Source: Candidatus Paenibacillus intestinavium (GTDB taxonomy: Bacteria; Bacillota; Bacilli; Paenibacillales; Paenibacillaceae). Taken from it: DNA of 50,389 bases. Positions within the stretch are counted from its first letter, which is position 1. Each line of letters opens with the position of its first letter. Location: positions 1 through 50,389 of the forward strand of contig DXHF01000327.1 in NCBI GenBank assembly GCA_019113605.1, written 5' to 3'. Both the position numbers and the translations under genes were made by a program. Of the stretch, positions 16,902 to 28,981 are shown piece after piece. The notes below the pieces were generated by a model that was not told the origin of the DNA, did no database searches, and was given only the letters and a program-made list of their open reading frames with translations.

Positions 16902-17345
16902 TTACCCAAGTTGAGCCTTCTTGCAGGAGGGCTCTTCTTCTTTTAAAGCATACTTTTTAGCGAATGCAGCATAATGTTTGGCGTGAAATTCTTCTCTAGC
17001 ATTCCTTACCTTTAACGCTAGATTTAATAGACGTTCACCTTCATATGGATCTCCATTGCTTATTTTAAGATTTGCTTTCTCCGCTAACGCTGTAGATATA
17101 GTGATCAAATCTTGACCATCCAGGTTCAATTGTGCAGTTGATGGTAATTCAGACAACTGCTGTGACTTTTGAATGACAGGCTTGACCGTTCTACCCATCA
17201 ACCAATTTTCAATGTCAAAGATTTCTTTATCAATCCAATCAGATGCCCCTTCAATTATGCTTTTGCTTCTGCGAAAACGATTAAGAGCATGTAACCTCTT
17301 CCAACCTTCCAAGCGTTTAGGACATCGTTTACGTTCAATTCTCAC
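16902..17345 (-). CDS. Hypothetical phage protein
   Basis: GAGGTG RBS; ORF track. Confidence 0.7.
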   Translation of the reverse strand: MRIERKRCPKRLEGWKRLHALNRFRRSKSIIEGASDWIDKEIFDIENWLMGRTVKPVIQKSQQLSELPSTAQLNLDGQDLITISTALAEKANLKISNGDPYEGERLLNLALKVRNAREEFHAKHYAAFAKKYALKEEEPSCKKAQLG

Positions 17346-17568
17346 AATCTCTCACCTCGCTTTGATAGACTTTCTTTATATGACGCGCGTAGAAGCTACC
17401 AATCGAATCCGCTACCATCATTAATTGATATGTTTCGACTGGAACTCCTTGGTAAACATAAATTGTTTGCTTACCTTTGAATTGGACTGATAGGACATTT
17501 TGGATGCTATCATATCCGACTGCAGCAATGTTGCTAGAAACAACGGGAATCAGGTTTGTATTTTCCAT
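17335..17568 (-). CDS. KTSC domain protein
   Basis: VVSSNIAAVGYD....L.VQF...IY.YQGVP..Y..MM.ADSIGSFY..HIK. Confidence 0.92.
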   Translation of the reverse strand: MENTNLIPVVSSNIAAVGYDSIQNVLSVQFKGKQTIYVYQGVPVETYQLMMVADSIGSFYARHIKKVYQSEVRDCEN

Positions 17569-17987
17569 TAGATATAATCCTCCGGTCGAAAGTCCTCCAC
17601 AAAAGATATTGCATCTTCAAAATCAATTCTTCTTATGTGGGAATATTTAGCTACCTCAAACTGCTGTTTCAACTTGCTCCAAATCATACGCCGATACTTT
17701 CCGACAAGAGCCTTAAATTCACCGTCAGACTCTTTGTAGCGATCCTTAGTCAACTTGTTAGAACGAATCCTTACAGCATTTTGTAATTGATATCCTTCGA
17801 CATCGTTGATCGTTACGCTATCACGGACCTCTTGAACCATAATTTGGACTTCTTCAAACTTCTCAGATACATCATCCTGCATTTGCTTCATACCATTGAA
17901 TAATGTTCTTAATGCTAGACCCTGATGCTCTGTCATTTGCAATTGTTTTTCAACAACGCCCATTACGCTAATTAATTCCATACTCAT
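17568..17987 (-). CDS. ORF6C-like (antirepressor C-terminal-like) domain protein
   Basis: IWSKLKQQFEVAKYSHIRRIDFEDAISFVEDFRP. Confidence 0.7.
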   Translation of the reverse strand: MSMELISVMGVVEKQLQMTEHQGLALRTLFNGMKQMQDDVSEKFEEVQIMVQEVRDSVTINDVEGYQLQNAVRIRSNKLTKDRYKESDGEFKALVGKYRRMIWSKLKQQFEVAKYSHIRRIDFEDAISFVEDFRPEDYI

Positions 17988-19105
17988 TCCTTACCTACCA
18001 CCTTTCTACTATTAATAGCTGGACGAACTTGTTCAATAAACGCTTCAAGCATGTCCAGACTTTCGGATAAACGTTTCTTTTCGCTAGTGCTTGCTGCTGA
18101 GATTGCACCAAGATTAAAAGATGTAATGCCAACCTTTTGTAGAAACTGCTTTACATGAATGCTAAATTGAACCGTATTAATATCAGCTTCATATTTCAAC
18201 TTCTTTAATCTAGCTGCTTCATGCTGATCATCAACTTCATCTGGTTGTTGAAGTTCAAGTTCTTTCACTTTTTCTTGAGCTTCCTTCAATCCTTCACGAA
18301 GGTTTTTAAGTACAAATTCGCTATTCTCCATTTCCTGCTTATGTTTAGCTTTTAGTTCGTCCTCTTTTTGCTTGATAAGCATCTGCTTCTCTTTTTCTTT
18401 TTGAGTGAGCAAAACGCTTGTCTCTTCATGATGCTTTTCGACTGCCGATGATATCGCATCATCTAACTGGTGAGATGGGATAGCATCTTTATATTGCTGT
18501 TTGATCTCCCAAAGTTCAGTTTCAGCTTGCTCAGCTCGTTCCTCAGCTTCTTGTCGCTCACGATCTAAACGATCTTTAGTTTCGATAAACGCTTTGTGTG
18601 TGCTGATTAACCCTTCATCAAGTTGTTGGACAATCTCTGGAGTAGCGTTCTCCACGATGTATTTCGCTTTTTCGTACTGCTTACCTGAGCCAAATCCAAC
18701 TTCGTCAGCTACGATATCTCTAACTTGACCAGTTTCTTGCTCAGGAAAATTTTCCTTACCTAACATTCGTTCTTTTGCTTTGATCTTCTCGATCTGTTCA
18801 AGACGTTTTCCCCACTCCACTCGCTCAGAGAAACTGAACTCTTTACGATGCTCATTCTCGCTTATCTCAAGCCTTAGTTGATGCTCTGCATCGTTTATAT
18901 CCATAATGCGAACCAACACTCGATCTGCTTCATTAAAGAAGTGAGCTCGCAGTCTACGCTCTCCTGCAATCAATTGAAAGTCTGGTGTAACAACAATAGG
19001 ATTGATAAGTCCATTGGATTTAATGTCTGCTGCTAACTCTTCAATGTTTCCGAAATCTTTTCGGATACGGTCACTAACTTTGATTTGGTTAATATCTATT
19101 AGCAA
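17984..19105 (-). CDS. Protein with a ParB N-terminal domain, HTH and coiled coil
   Basis: IEELAADIKSNGLINPI, LIAGERRLRA (GxxRxxA motif), ENEHRK. Confidence 0.88.
   Translation of the reverse strand: MLIDINQIKVSDRIRKDFGNIEELAADIKSNGLINPIVVTPDFQLIAGERRLRAHFFNEADRVLVRIMDINDAEHQLRLEISENEHRKEFSFSERVEWGKRLEQIEKIKAKERMLGKENFPEQETGQVRDIVADEVGFGSGKQYEKAKYIVENATPEIVQQLDEGLISTHKAFIETKDRLDRERQEAEERAEQAETELWEIKQQYKDAIPSHQLDDAISSAVEKHHEETSVLLTQKEKEKQMLIKQKEDELKAKHKQEMENSEFVLKNLREGLKEAQEKVKELELQQPDEVDDQHEAARLKKLKYEADINTVQFSIHVKQFLQKVGITSFNLGAISAASTSEKKRLSESLDMLEAFIEQVRPAINSRKVVGKE
18739..18757. promoter_or_regulatory. parS-like palindrome, copy 2, inside the parB-like gene
   Basis: GCTCAGGAAAATTTTCCTT, encoding KENFPE. 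Confidence 0.55.
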
Positions 19106-19204
19106 ATTAATTCTCCTTTCTATATATTGAAGGTTTTCTGTTCCTTTCTGTCGAATAATGGATTTAGACTAGACTATCCATATATTGAGAAAGGAATAAA
19201 ATCT

Positions 19205-19693
19205 ATGAACTTTGGCTACAGTCCTCCTACACCTACATACAAGCTAGCTACAATTTGCATGAACGGACACATAGTTTCTTCTGAACAGGCTAATTACCAT
19301 AAATATTGTATGGATTGCGGTGAAGGTACAACTTCGGAATGTTTACATTGTAAAGCTAATATTAAAGGTGACTTGGAACATGATTATACATTCAGTATTC
19401 TCGATAGAGTTCAAGCGTACTGTTATGAATGTGGCGAACCTCATCCGTGGACAGTAAGACTATTGGAACATGCAGTTGAGATAATTGGTCTAGATGAAAA
19501 GCTTTCTACTGAAGATAAGGAAATAGTTAAATTAGCAATACCTGGTTTGATTGTTGATATACCTTCTTCGCCAGTTTCAGTTGCAAAGTACAAGAAATTC
19601 ATGCCCAAGGCATCCGACTTTGTCCAAGAGGGTATCCAGAACTTATTAATCGATGTAGTCACCGACAAAATTAAAACCGCTATTTGGGGTTAG
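19205..19693 (+). CDS. DUF2321-like Zn-ribbon protein, oriented against the operon (moron)
   Basis: ICMNGH, CMDCGE, CLHC, CYECGEPHPWT; AAAGGA RBS. Confidence 0.8.
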   Translation: MNFGYSPPTPTYKLATICMNGHIVSSEQANYHKYCMDCGEGTTSECLHCKANIKGDLEHDYTFSILDRVQAYCYECGEPHPWTVRLLEHAVEIIGLDEKLSTEDKEIVKLAIPGLIVDIPSSPVSVAKYKKFMPKASDFVQEGIQNLLIDVVTDKIKTAIWG

Positions 19694-19973
19694 AAATGCC
19701 GCATTTACCACAGAAGTTATGAGTCATCTGAACTAAATTAAGGCATTGACCACAAAGCTTATGTGAACCTTGTTCTATCAACTCCTTCTGTAGCTGAATC
19801 TGTTCAGAAGGAGTTTTTTGCTTGATTACGACTACAGTTGCAGGACCGATAGTTGTAAAACTAACCTCGCCTAAATCAAATGTGACTGTGCGCCCTTCCT
19901 TCAGTTCTGTAACCTCTAGTTCTTTATCTGCTAAGAATAAATCCATTTCCTTGCAATCGATCAATTTATTCAT
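19680..19973 (-). CDS. Hypothetical protein with a C-terminal Zn ribbon
   Basis: CGQC...NFCGKCG; GAGGT RBS. Confidence 0.6.
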   Translation of the reverse strand: MNKLIDCKEMDLFLADKELEVTELKEGRTVTFDLGEVSFTTIGPATVVVIKQKTPSEQIQLQKELIEQGSHKLCGQCLNLVQMTHNFCGKCGISNPK

Positions 19974-19988
19974 TTGATTACCTCTCTT

Positions 19989-20249
19989 TCATTGTTCGTT
20001 AATCCATACATTCAAAAACTCTTGTGCTTCACGAGACGGGAAGTACCATTTAGCACCAATTTTCTTCTTAGGAAACCGTTTATCAAAGAAAAATTGTTGT
20101 TGTATAAAATTCCAACTCATACATGTTCTACGCATTAATTCTTTGGCGTCCCAAAAAATAAGTTCGGAATCCATATCTGAAATGACTCGTTTAATTTCTA
20201 CACGAGTCATTTCCTGTACTTCTGCCTCGTTAATTGATACGGTGATCAT
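19989..20249 (-). CDS. Putative excisionase-like DNA-binding protein
   Basis: WDAKEL..RTCMS...FPKKKIGAKWYFP; position directly after cro. Confidence 0.6.
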   Translation of the reverse strand: MITVSINEAEVQEMTRVEIKRVISDMDSELIFWDAKELMRRTCMSWNFIQQQFFFDKRFPKKKIGAKWYFPSREAQEFLNVWINEQ

Positions 20250-20272
20250 TTTATCTTCACCTTACCTTTTAT

Positions 20273-20527
20273 TTAGATTCCAATACACTGATTAGTTGAG
20301 TCGCATAAATGCGACTTAGTATCCAAAAAAATTTCAATCGCATCATCTTGGGTTAGATTGATGGCATTTGCAATCTTGTGGATCTCGCCAATAGTAAATG
20401 ATAATCCTTCAGACTTTACCTTGCGGTAAAACGTGGTTCTATTCATTCCTACTTGATCTGCCACAGCTTCTTGTGTTGTTCCTGCTTCTATAATTTTAGC
20501 TCGAAGCTTTAACATGTTTGTTTTCAT
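20273..20527 (-). CDS. Cro-like HTH regulator
   Basis: TQEAVADQVGMNRTTFYRK; divergent from cI; AAGGAGGTG RBS. Confidence 0.9.
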   Translation of the reverse strand: MKTNMLKLRAKIIEAGTTQEAVADQVGMNRTTFYRKVKSEGLSFTIGEIHKIANAINLTQDDAIEIFLDTKSHLCDSTNQCIGI

Positions 20528-20678
20528 TTGTCGCTCACCTCCTTCCGTTGCAATGCCGTTAGTAGCGTTAATGCGACTTTATGAATCAATATTACAACTC
20601 TATGATGCAGTAGTCAATAGAAAAAGTCGCATAAATGAAATATATTATGTTGCAATTATGCATCATTTATAATAAAAT
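20299..20678. promoter_or_regulatory. Genetic switch: divergent promoters and operators (consensus GTCGCAT-N2-ATGCGAC)
   Basis: Operators at 20299-20316 (perfect), 20561-20578, 20625-20642 and 20648-20665; minus strand TTGACT(20617-20612)-17-TAATAT; plus strand TTGCAA(20650-20655)-17-TAAAAT. Confidence 0.8.
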
Positions 20679-20703
20679 ATGGTTTAAGAAGGAGGCTGGT
20701 GAT

Positions 20704-21129
20704 TTGAATACTGGCGAAAGAATGAAAAAGAGAAGGAAAGAACTTGGGTTTTCAGCCGAATACATAGCATCGAAACTAAGCGTATCACGATCTACAATTT
20801 TTAGATACGAAGCAGGAGACATCGAAAAAATGCCTGTCGACATCTTGATACCTTTAAGCGAGGTCCTCCAGACTACACCTGCTTACTTTATGGGTTGGGA
20901 TGAACAAGATGAGCAAAAAGAAAATACATCACTTATTACTAAGCACGAGCAAACTCTTTTATCACAGTATAGGAAGTTAGATTCTAAGGGTAAACATACC
21001 GTTAATACCGTTCTTGAAATGGAATACAACCGTTGCACTACCTCAGCGCAAGAATTAAGAGCAGCACACATCGATGATACCTCAGACGAACAAATGGATT
21101 TATTAAAACAAGATCTAGACGAACTATAA
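20704..21129 (+). CDS. CI/ImmR-like repressor
   Basis: GERMKKRRKELG...IASKLSVSRSTIFRYE.G...TTPAYFMGW; TTG start 8 nt after GGAGG. Confidence 0.92.
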   Translation: MNTGERMKKRRKELGFSAEYIASKLSVSRSTIFRYEAGDIEKMPVDILIPLSEVLQTTPAYFMGWDEQDEQKENTSLITKHEQTLLSQYRKLDSKGKHTVNTVLEMEYNRCTTSAQELRAAHIDDTSDEQMDLLKQDLDEL

Positions 21130-21142
21130 GAGGAGGGTAGCG

Positions 21143-21598
21143 ATGAGCCACTACTATTCATTGCTACGAGAAGCTACCGCGTGCGGGCTTACCGTAATTG
21201 AAAAGAGGTTAAAATCTAAAGCTAAAGGTATTATAAAAGGTACTAAGATTGGCTTACAGCACGAACTACTCAAAGTCGAAAAAATATGTGTCCTTGCTGA
21301 AGAGGTCGGACATCACCACACTGCAGTGGGTGATTTTACAGACCAGTCAAAACTTGAAAATCGAAAAAAAGAACGACTTGGACGAGTATGGAGTTACGAG
21401 TACCTCATTCCCCTATCCTTAATAGTCGCAGCTGGACAAGCAGGTATCCAAGGCAGACATGCCGTTGCGGAATACCTAGAGGTAACCGAAGAATTCCTAC
21501 TCCACTCCATTGAGCACTATCAACGTAAATACGGACTATATACATCATTCAATAACTACTTAATTTATTTTGATCCATTATCCATAACAAAAATGTAA
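21143..21598 (+). CDS. ImmA/IrrE family metallopeptidase
   Basis: LAEEVGHH motif; lies between repressor and integrase. Confidence 0.85.
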   Translation: MSHYYSLLREATACGLTVIEKRLKSKAKGIIKGTKIGLQHELLKVEKICVLAEEVGHHHTAVGDFTDQSKLENRKKERLGRVWSYEYLIPLSLIVAAGQAGIQGRHAVAEYLEVTEEFLLHSIEHYQRKYGLYTSFNNYLIYFDPLSITKM

Positions 21599-21643
21599 AC
21601 TTGCAAATTCCCGTCGCAAGGCGGTTCATTATAGATATAAATG

Positions 21644-21657
21644 AGAACAAGAGTTCT
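21644..21657. promoter_or_regulatory. LexA (DinR) SOS box upstream of the integrase
   Basis: AGAAC-AAGA-GTTCT matches GAAC-N4-GTTC, just upstream of the RBS. Confidence 0.65.
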
Positions 21658-21670
21658 GTTTGGAGGAAAG

Positions 21671-22813
21671 ATGATGGCTACATTTCGAAAACGTGGCACT
21701 AAGTGGGAATATCGAATACGTTATACCGATCGCCAATCTGGTAAGCGTAAAGAAAAAGCAAAAGGTGGATTCACAACAAAGAAAGAGGCTCAAGTATCAG
21801 CTATCGAAGAAGAATCAAAGATCAATCAGTTCGGTTTTGCGGAAAATGGTGATGAGTTTGTAGAGAAATACTTTGAAGAATGGCTTGAAGTCTTTAAGCG
21901 TCCTAATGTAAAACCCATCACTTATTCAGTACAAGAAAGAAACGTACGGTTGAATATTTTGCCACGTTGGGGAAACTATCGATTGAAAGACATAACAAGA
22001 GTAGAGTATCAGAAATGGATTAATAGTCTGATAGAAAAATATAGTGAGGGAACAATTCGAAGAATACAAAGTATTTTTTCTAGCGCAATGCATGATGCTG
22101 TTCATGAGTTCAGAATTATTCGTGATAATCCTATACAAAGAATCTCAATCCCAAGAGATGTAAAGACGAAAGAAATTTCCTTTTTTAATAAAGATGAGCT
22201 AGTTGTATTTTTGGAATCATTAACGATCACACAGAAAAATGCAAAGTATCAATTGTCAAAGCAATATTTTTACTTGTTCACTTTAATGGCACGTACAGGA
22301 TTGCGTATTGGCGAAGCTCTCGCTTTGAATTGGTCTGATCTACATGAAGATAAATTAATTGTAAATAAGACACTCGTCTATCCTACTAACACAACAGCTT
22401 ACATCTCCACTCCCAAGACTAAGAAAAGTAAGCGTGAAATCAAACTAGATGAATACACAGTAAAAATTCTTAAGCAGCATTCTCTGAATCAAAAACAAGT
22501 CATTTTGCGATATGCGAATTATCAATCATCCAAGAATGGATACATGTTCCACCAGCATGATGGTAGATGGCTGCGTACAAACGTAGTAAGAGATTATTTC
22601 AAGGTCGCATGTGAACGCGCTAGTGTACCTATACTATCTCCCCACGCTCTAAGACATACTCATGCTGTCCATCTTCTTGAAGCAGGAGCGAATATAAAAT
22701 ACGTATCCGAGCGACTAGGACACGCGAGCATCGTCGTTACTGCAGATACGTATTTACACATTACTGACAAAATAGAAGATGATAATCTTTCACTCTATTC
22801 TGCCTATATTTAA
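21671..22813 (+). CDS. int: Tyrosine integrase
   Basis: Arm-binding N-domain (GGFTTKKEA), TGLRIGEALAL, HALRHTHA, RLGH...T.DTY. Confidence 0.96.
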   Translation: MMATFRKRGTKWEYRIRYTDRQSGKRKEKAKGGFTTKKEAQVSAIEEESKINQFGFAENGDEFVEKYFEEWLEVFKRPNVKPITYSVQERNVRLNILPRWGNYRLKDITRVEYQKWINSLIEKYSEGTIRRIQSIFSSAMHDAVHEFRIIRDNPIQRISIPRDVKTKEISFFNKDELVVFLESLTITQKNAKYQLSKQYFYLFTLMARTGLRIGEALALNWSDLHEDKLIVNKTLVYPTNTTAYISTPKTKKSKREIKLDEYTVKILKQHSLNQKQVILRYANYQSSKNGYMFHQHDGRWLRTNVVRDYFKVACERASVPILSPHALRHTHAVHLLEAGANIKYVSERLGHASIVVTADTYLHITDKIEDDNLSLYSAYI

Positions 22814-22818
22814 TTTTT

Positions 22819-22930
22819 GGGGGCAAAACGGGGGCAACCGTCTTGCTCCCTCAAAATTAAAACCTCTTAAACCCAGGTACAGCAAGGATCTTTGGCTATT
22901 AACCAATGGACCCTTCCATTTCGAATTTTA
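22819..22930. other. Prophage att junction at the sufB 3' end, with arm-type repeats
   Basis: GGGGGCAA twice at 22819-22826 and 22830-22837 (11-bp period); sufB stop at 22899; the core cannot be fixed because the second att site is outside the window. Confidence 0.7.
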
Positions 22931-24296
22931 TAAGTCTATTCATCTCAACCGCATACTCCATTGGAAGTTCTCTCGTGAACGGCTCGATAAAGCCCATTAC
23001 GATCATTTGTGTCGCTTCGACTTCACTTAGACCACGACTCATTAGGTAGAACAATTGCTCATCGGAAACTTTCGAAACTGTTGCTTCATGCTCAAGTGTG
23101 ATGTTATCATTCAAGATTTCATTGTAAGGAATCGTATCCGAAGTGGATAGATTATCCAAGATCAATGTATCACACTCAATTGTAGATTTCGCACCGTCAG
23201 AATTGCGTCCAAAGTGAGTAAGACCACGATAAGATACTTTACCACCGTGCTTAGAGATTGATTTCGAAATAATCGTAGAACTTGTATCAGGTGCTAAATG
23301 AGTCATTTTCGCACCAGCATCTTGAAGCTGACCTTTACCTGCAACAGCGATAGAAAGAACAGTACCTCTAGCGCCACGACCACGAAGAATAACTGCAGGA
23401 TATTTCATCGTCAATTTAGAACCGATATTACCATCGACCCATTCCATAGAAGCATTTTCATCAGCTACAGCACGCTTCGTAACCAGGTTGTAGATGTTCG
23501 AAGACCAGTTCTGAATCGTAGTATAGCGTACACGAGAATCCTTCAGGCAGATGATTTCTACTACAGCAGAGTGTAGAGAGTTTGTGCCATATACTGGAGC
23601 TGTACATCCTTCAACATAGTGAACAGATGAGCCTTCATCAGCAATAATTAGCGTACGTTCGAATTGTCCCATATTTTCAGAGTTAATACGGAAGTAAGCT
23701 TGTAGTGGAACATCACATTGTACACCTTTTGGTATATAGATGAAGCTACCACCAGACCATACCGCACTGTTCAACGCAGCGAATTTATTATCTTCTGGAG
23801 GAATAATTGTAGCAAAATACTCCTTCATAAGTTCTGGATATTCACGAAGTGCAGTATCTGTATCTGTAAAAATTACACCCTGCTTCTCTAAATCTTCTTG
23901 CATGCTGTGGTATACAACCTCAGATTCATACTGAGCAGATACACCAGCAAGGAACTTTTGTTCAGCTTCTGGAATGCCTAGCTTATCGAACGTTTCTTTA
24001 ATTTCTTGTGGAACTTCTTCCCATGTTTTACCTTGCTTTTCAGAGGCTTTAACATAGTATTGAATGTCATTGAAATCAAGATCGCTCATATCGCCACCCC
24101 AAGTAGGCATTGGCATTTTGAAAAATGTCTCCAAAGATTTTAAGCGGAATTCAAGCATCCATTCCGGTTCATTTTTCATAGAAGAAATCGTACGGACAAC
24201 TTCTTCTGTTAGACCTTTACCTGATTGAAAGATTGATTTATGCTCATCGCGGAAACCATATTTATACTCTTCCATTTCTGGCATTGACTTAGCCAT
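22899..24296 (-). CDS. sufB: Fe-S cluster assembly protein SufB
   Basis: [35 protein letters not shown]. Confidence 0.98.
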   Translation of the reverse strand: MAKSMPEMEEYKYGFRDEHKSIFQSGKGLTEEVVRTISSMKNEPEWMLEFRLKSLETFFKMPMPTWGGDMSDLDFNDIQYYVKASEKQGKTWEEVPQEIKETFDKLGIPEAEQKFLAGVSAQYESEVVYHSMQEDLEKQGVIFTDTDTALREYPELMKEYFATIIPPEDNKFAALNSAVWSGGSFIYIPKGVQCDVPLQAYFRINSENMGQFERTLIIADEGSSVHYVEGCTAPVYGTNSLHSAVVEIICLKDSRVRYTTIQNWSSNIYNLVTKRAVADENASMEWVDGNIGSKLTMKYPAVILRGRGARGTVLSIAVAGKGQLQDAGAKMTHLAPDTSSTIISKSISKHGGKVSYRGLTHFGRNSDGAKSTIECDTLILDNLSTSDTIPYNEILNDNITLEHEATVSKVSDEQLFYLMSRGLSEVEATQMIVMGFIEPFTRELPMEYAVEMNRLIKFEMEGSIG

Positions 24297-24321
24297 GTTC
24301 CGTCACGCTCCTTATATCAAT

Positions 24322-27261
<2,940 letters not shown>

Positions 27262-27287
27262 TGCAAATGCCTCCTTGTCCGGTCCGA

Positions 27288-28067
27288 TTAGGCCTGGCCA
27301 ACCGTTTCATCAGTAATGCCAAGTTCTTCTTTAATCCAATCATATCCATCTTTTTCAAGACGTTGTGCAAGTTCAGGTCCACCGGATTTCACGATGCGAC
27401 CTTGCATCATTACGTGTACATAGTCAGGAGTAACATAGTCAAGCAGACGTTGATAATGCGTAATAATTAGGAAACCACGATCCTCAGAACGCATAGCGTT
27501 AACGCCAGTTGCCACGATACGAAGTGCATCAATATCAAGACCTGAGTCAATTTCATCAAGAATAACTAATTTGGGGTCAAGCAGCATCATTTGCAGAATT
27601 TCGTTACGTTTCTTCTCACCACCAGAGAAGCCTTCGTTCAAGTAACGGTGAGCGAACTCAGGGTTCATCTCAAGTTCTTTCATTTTTGCTTCCATTTGAC
27701 GGATAAATCTAATAAGTGAAATTTCACTTCCTTCTTCACGACGAGAATTAATTGCACTACGTAGGAAGTCGGAGTTTGTTACTCCAGAAATTTCTGATGG
27801 ATATTGCATTCCAAGAAACATACCTGCACGAGCGCGCTCATCAACAGCCATTTCAAGTACGTCTTCACCATCAAATGAAACTGAACCACCAGTTACTTCA
27901 TATTTCGGATGTCCCATCAAAGCAGAAGCTAACGTTGATTTACCAGTACCGTTAGGTCCCATTATTGCATGGATTTCTCCACCTTTAATTTCAAGGTTGA
28001 TTCCTTTAAGAATTTCTTTTCCTTCGATCTCTGCTTTAAGACCATCGATGACAAAATGCGTCGACAT
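27288..28067 (-). CDS. sufC: Fe-S cluster assembly ATPase SufC
   Basis: GPNGTGKST, FSGGEKKRNE, LDEIDSGLD. Confidence 0.98.
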   Translation of the reverse strand: MSTHFVIDGLKAEIEGKEILKGINLEIKGGEIHAIMGPNGTGKSTLASALMGHPKYEVTGGSVSFDGEDVLEMAVDERARAGMFLGMQYPSEISGVTNSDFLRSAINSRREEGSEISLIRFIRQMEAKMKELEMNPEFAHRYLNEGFSGGEKKRNEILQMMLLDPKLVILDEIDSGLDIDALRIVATGVNAMRSEDRGFLIITHYQRLLDYVTPDYVHVMMQGRIVKSGGPELAQRLEKDGYDWIKEELGITDETVGQA

Positions 28068-28110
28068 AATATTCTATCCCTCCAAAGGTTATTAGTATAA
28101 TAAAAGTTTA

Positions 28111-28143
28111 TTGATTCTCATTGATTCTCAATAATCATTATAA
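28111..28143 (-). promoter_or_regulatory. Fur/PerR-like operator region upstream of suf
   Basis: TTGATTCTCA tandem repeat, plus minus-strand TTATAATGATTATTG (close to the Per box TTATAATnATTATAA). Confidence 0.45.
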
Positions 28144-28242
28144 TGTAGTTTTAGTTATAAATCAATGAGTCATCGTTCTTATGCCTATTTATACCTCTAT
28201 TCGACGAAACCAATCATCTTTATCAGATGCGACTGTTTTGAA

Positions 28243-28827
28243 CTATACATTATTAAGCGCTGCTTTAATTTCATTGTACTTCTGCTCAAACTTCTCGTCC
28301 GTCAGAACTGGCTCTAAATTACTTGCCTTTAGCTCATCTTCAATCTTCACCCATGATTTACAGCCCATATAAGGCGTACGCATTGGCGGCAGTGCTGGTT
28401 TTTCCAATCGATACACCCGCATAATTAGTAGATGCAGCGGATTTTTCTTCTTCCATTTTAGTCGTTCTGTTGTAAATTCGTCAGTCCATATATGTAAATC
28501 GCGCAGTGCTTGAAGCTGCTCTTCACTCGTAATTTCAATATCTTCAACAACTTTAGCATATCCCTCAAGCTTCATATATGATTGCGTAGGCGACCACTGG
28601 GTCATCGTAGCCGCTATTCTCCCTTGAAAGGCTTCCTTAAGCAGATGCTCCTTTTGATGCTCATAAGCAGGCATTAAGTAGAATTGTGGAGAAATAAGTT
28701 CAAAATCTCGCGTCTCTTCGACAATTCCACCTTTTCGCATTACAAATATTAACTCTCCTTGCAATAAGGCTCCCACCGTAACCGCCCATTCCTTTAAAGC
28801 AACAGATGTATTGGCTGTTGTACTCAT
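28243..28827 (-). CDS. DUF1802 family protein
   Basis: ALKEWA....L..G....RKGGI.E, GCKSWV. Confidence 0.88.
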   Translation of the reverse strand: MSTTANTSVALKEWAVTVGALLQGELIFVMRKGGIVEETRDFELISPQFYLMPAYEHQKEHLLKEAFQGRIAATMTQWSPTQSYMKLEGYAKVVEDIEITSEEQLQALRDLHIWTDEFTTERLKWKKKNPLHLLIMRVYRLEKPALPPMRTPYMGCKSWVKIEDELKASNLEPVLTDEKFEQKYNEIKAALNNV

Positions 28828-28981
28828 TAATATTGCCCCCTTTAATTTCTCATGCTGCAAAAACGATTAAAAATCATATAAATTCACTGGGAATTATTAA
28901 TTACTTATTCCACGCAGTAGCAATATCTATTATACTATAAGTTATGATGTATGAACGATATTGATAATGGAGGTGGACGGT

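Larger units (their letters stand above)
1..22930. mobile_element. Temperate prophage: integration, immunity and early region; continues beyond the left edge of the window
   Basis: Integrase-ImmA-CI/Cro-replication-YopX gene order; dense small ORFs on the minus strand; the element ends at the 3' end of host sufB. Confidence 0.95.
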
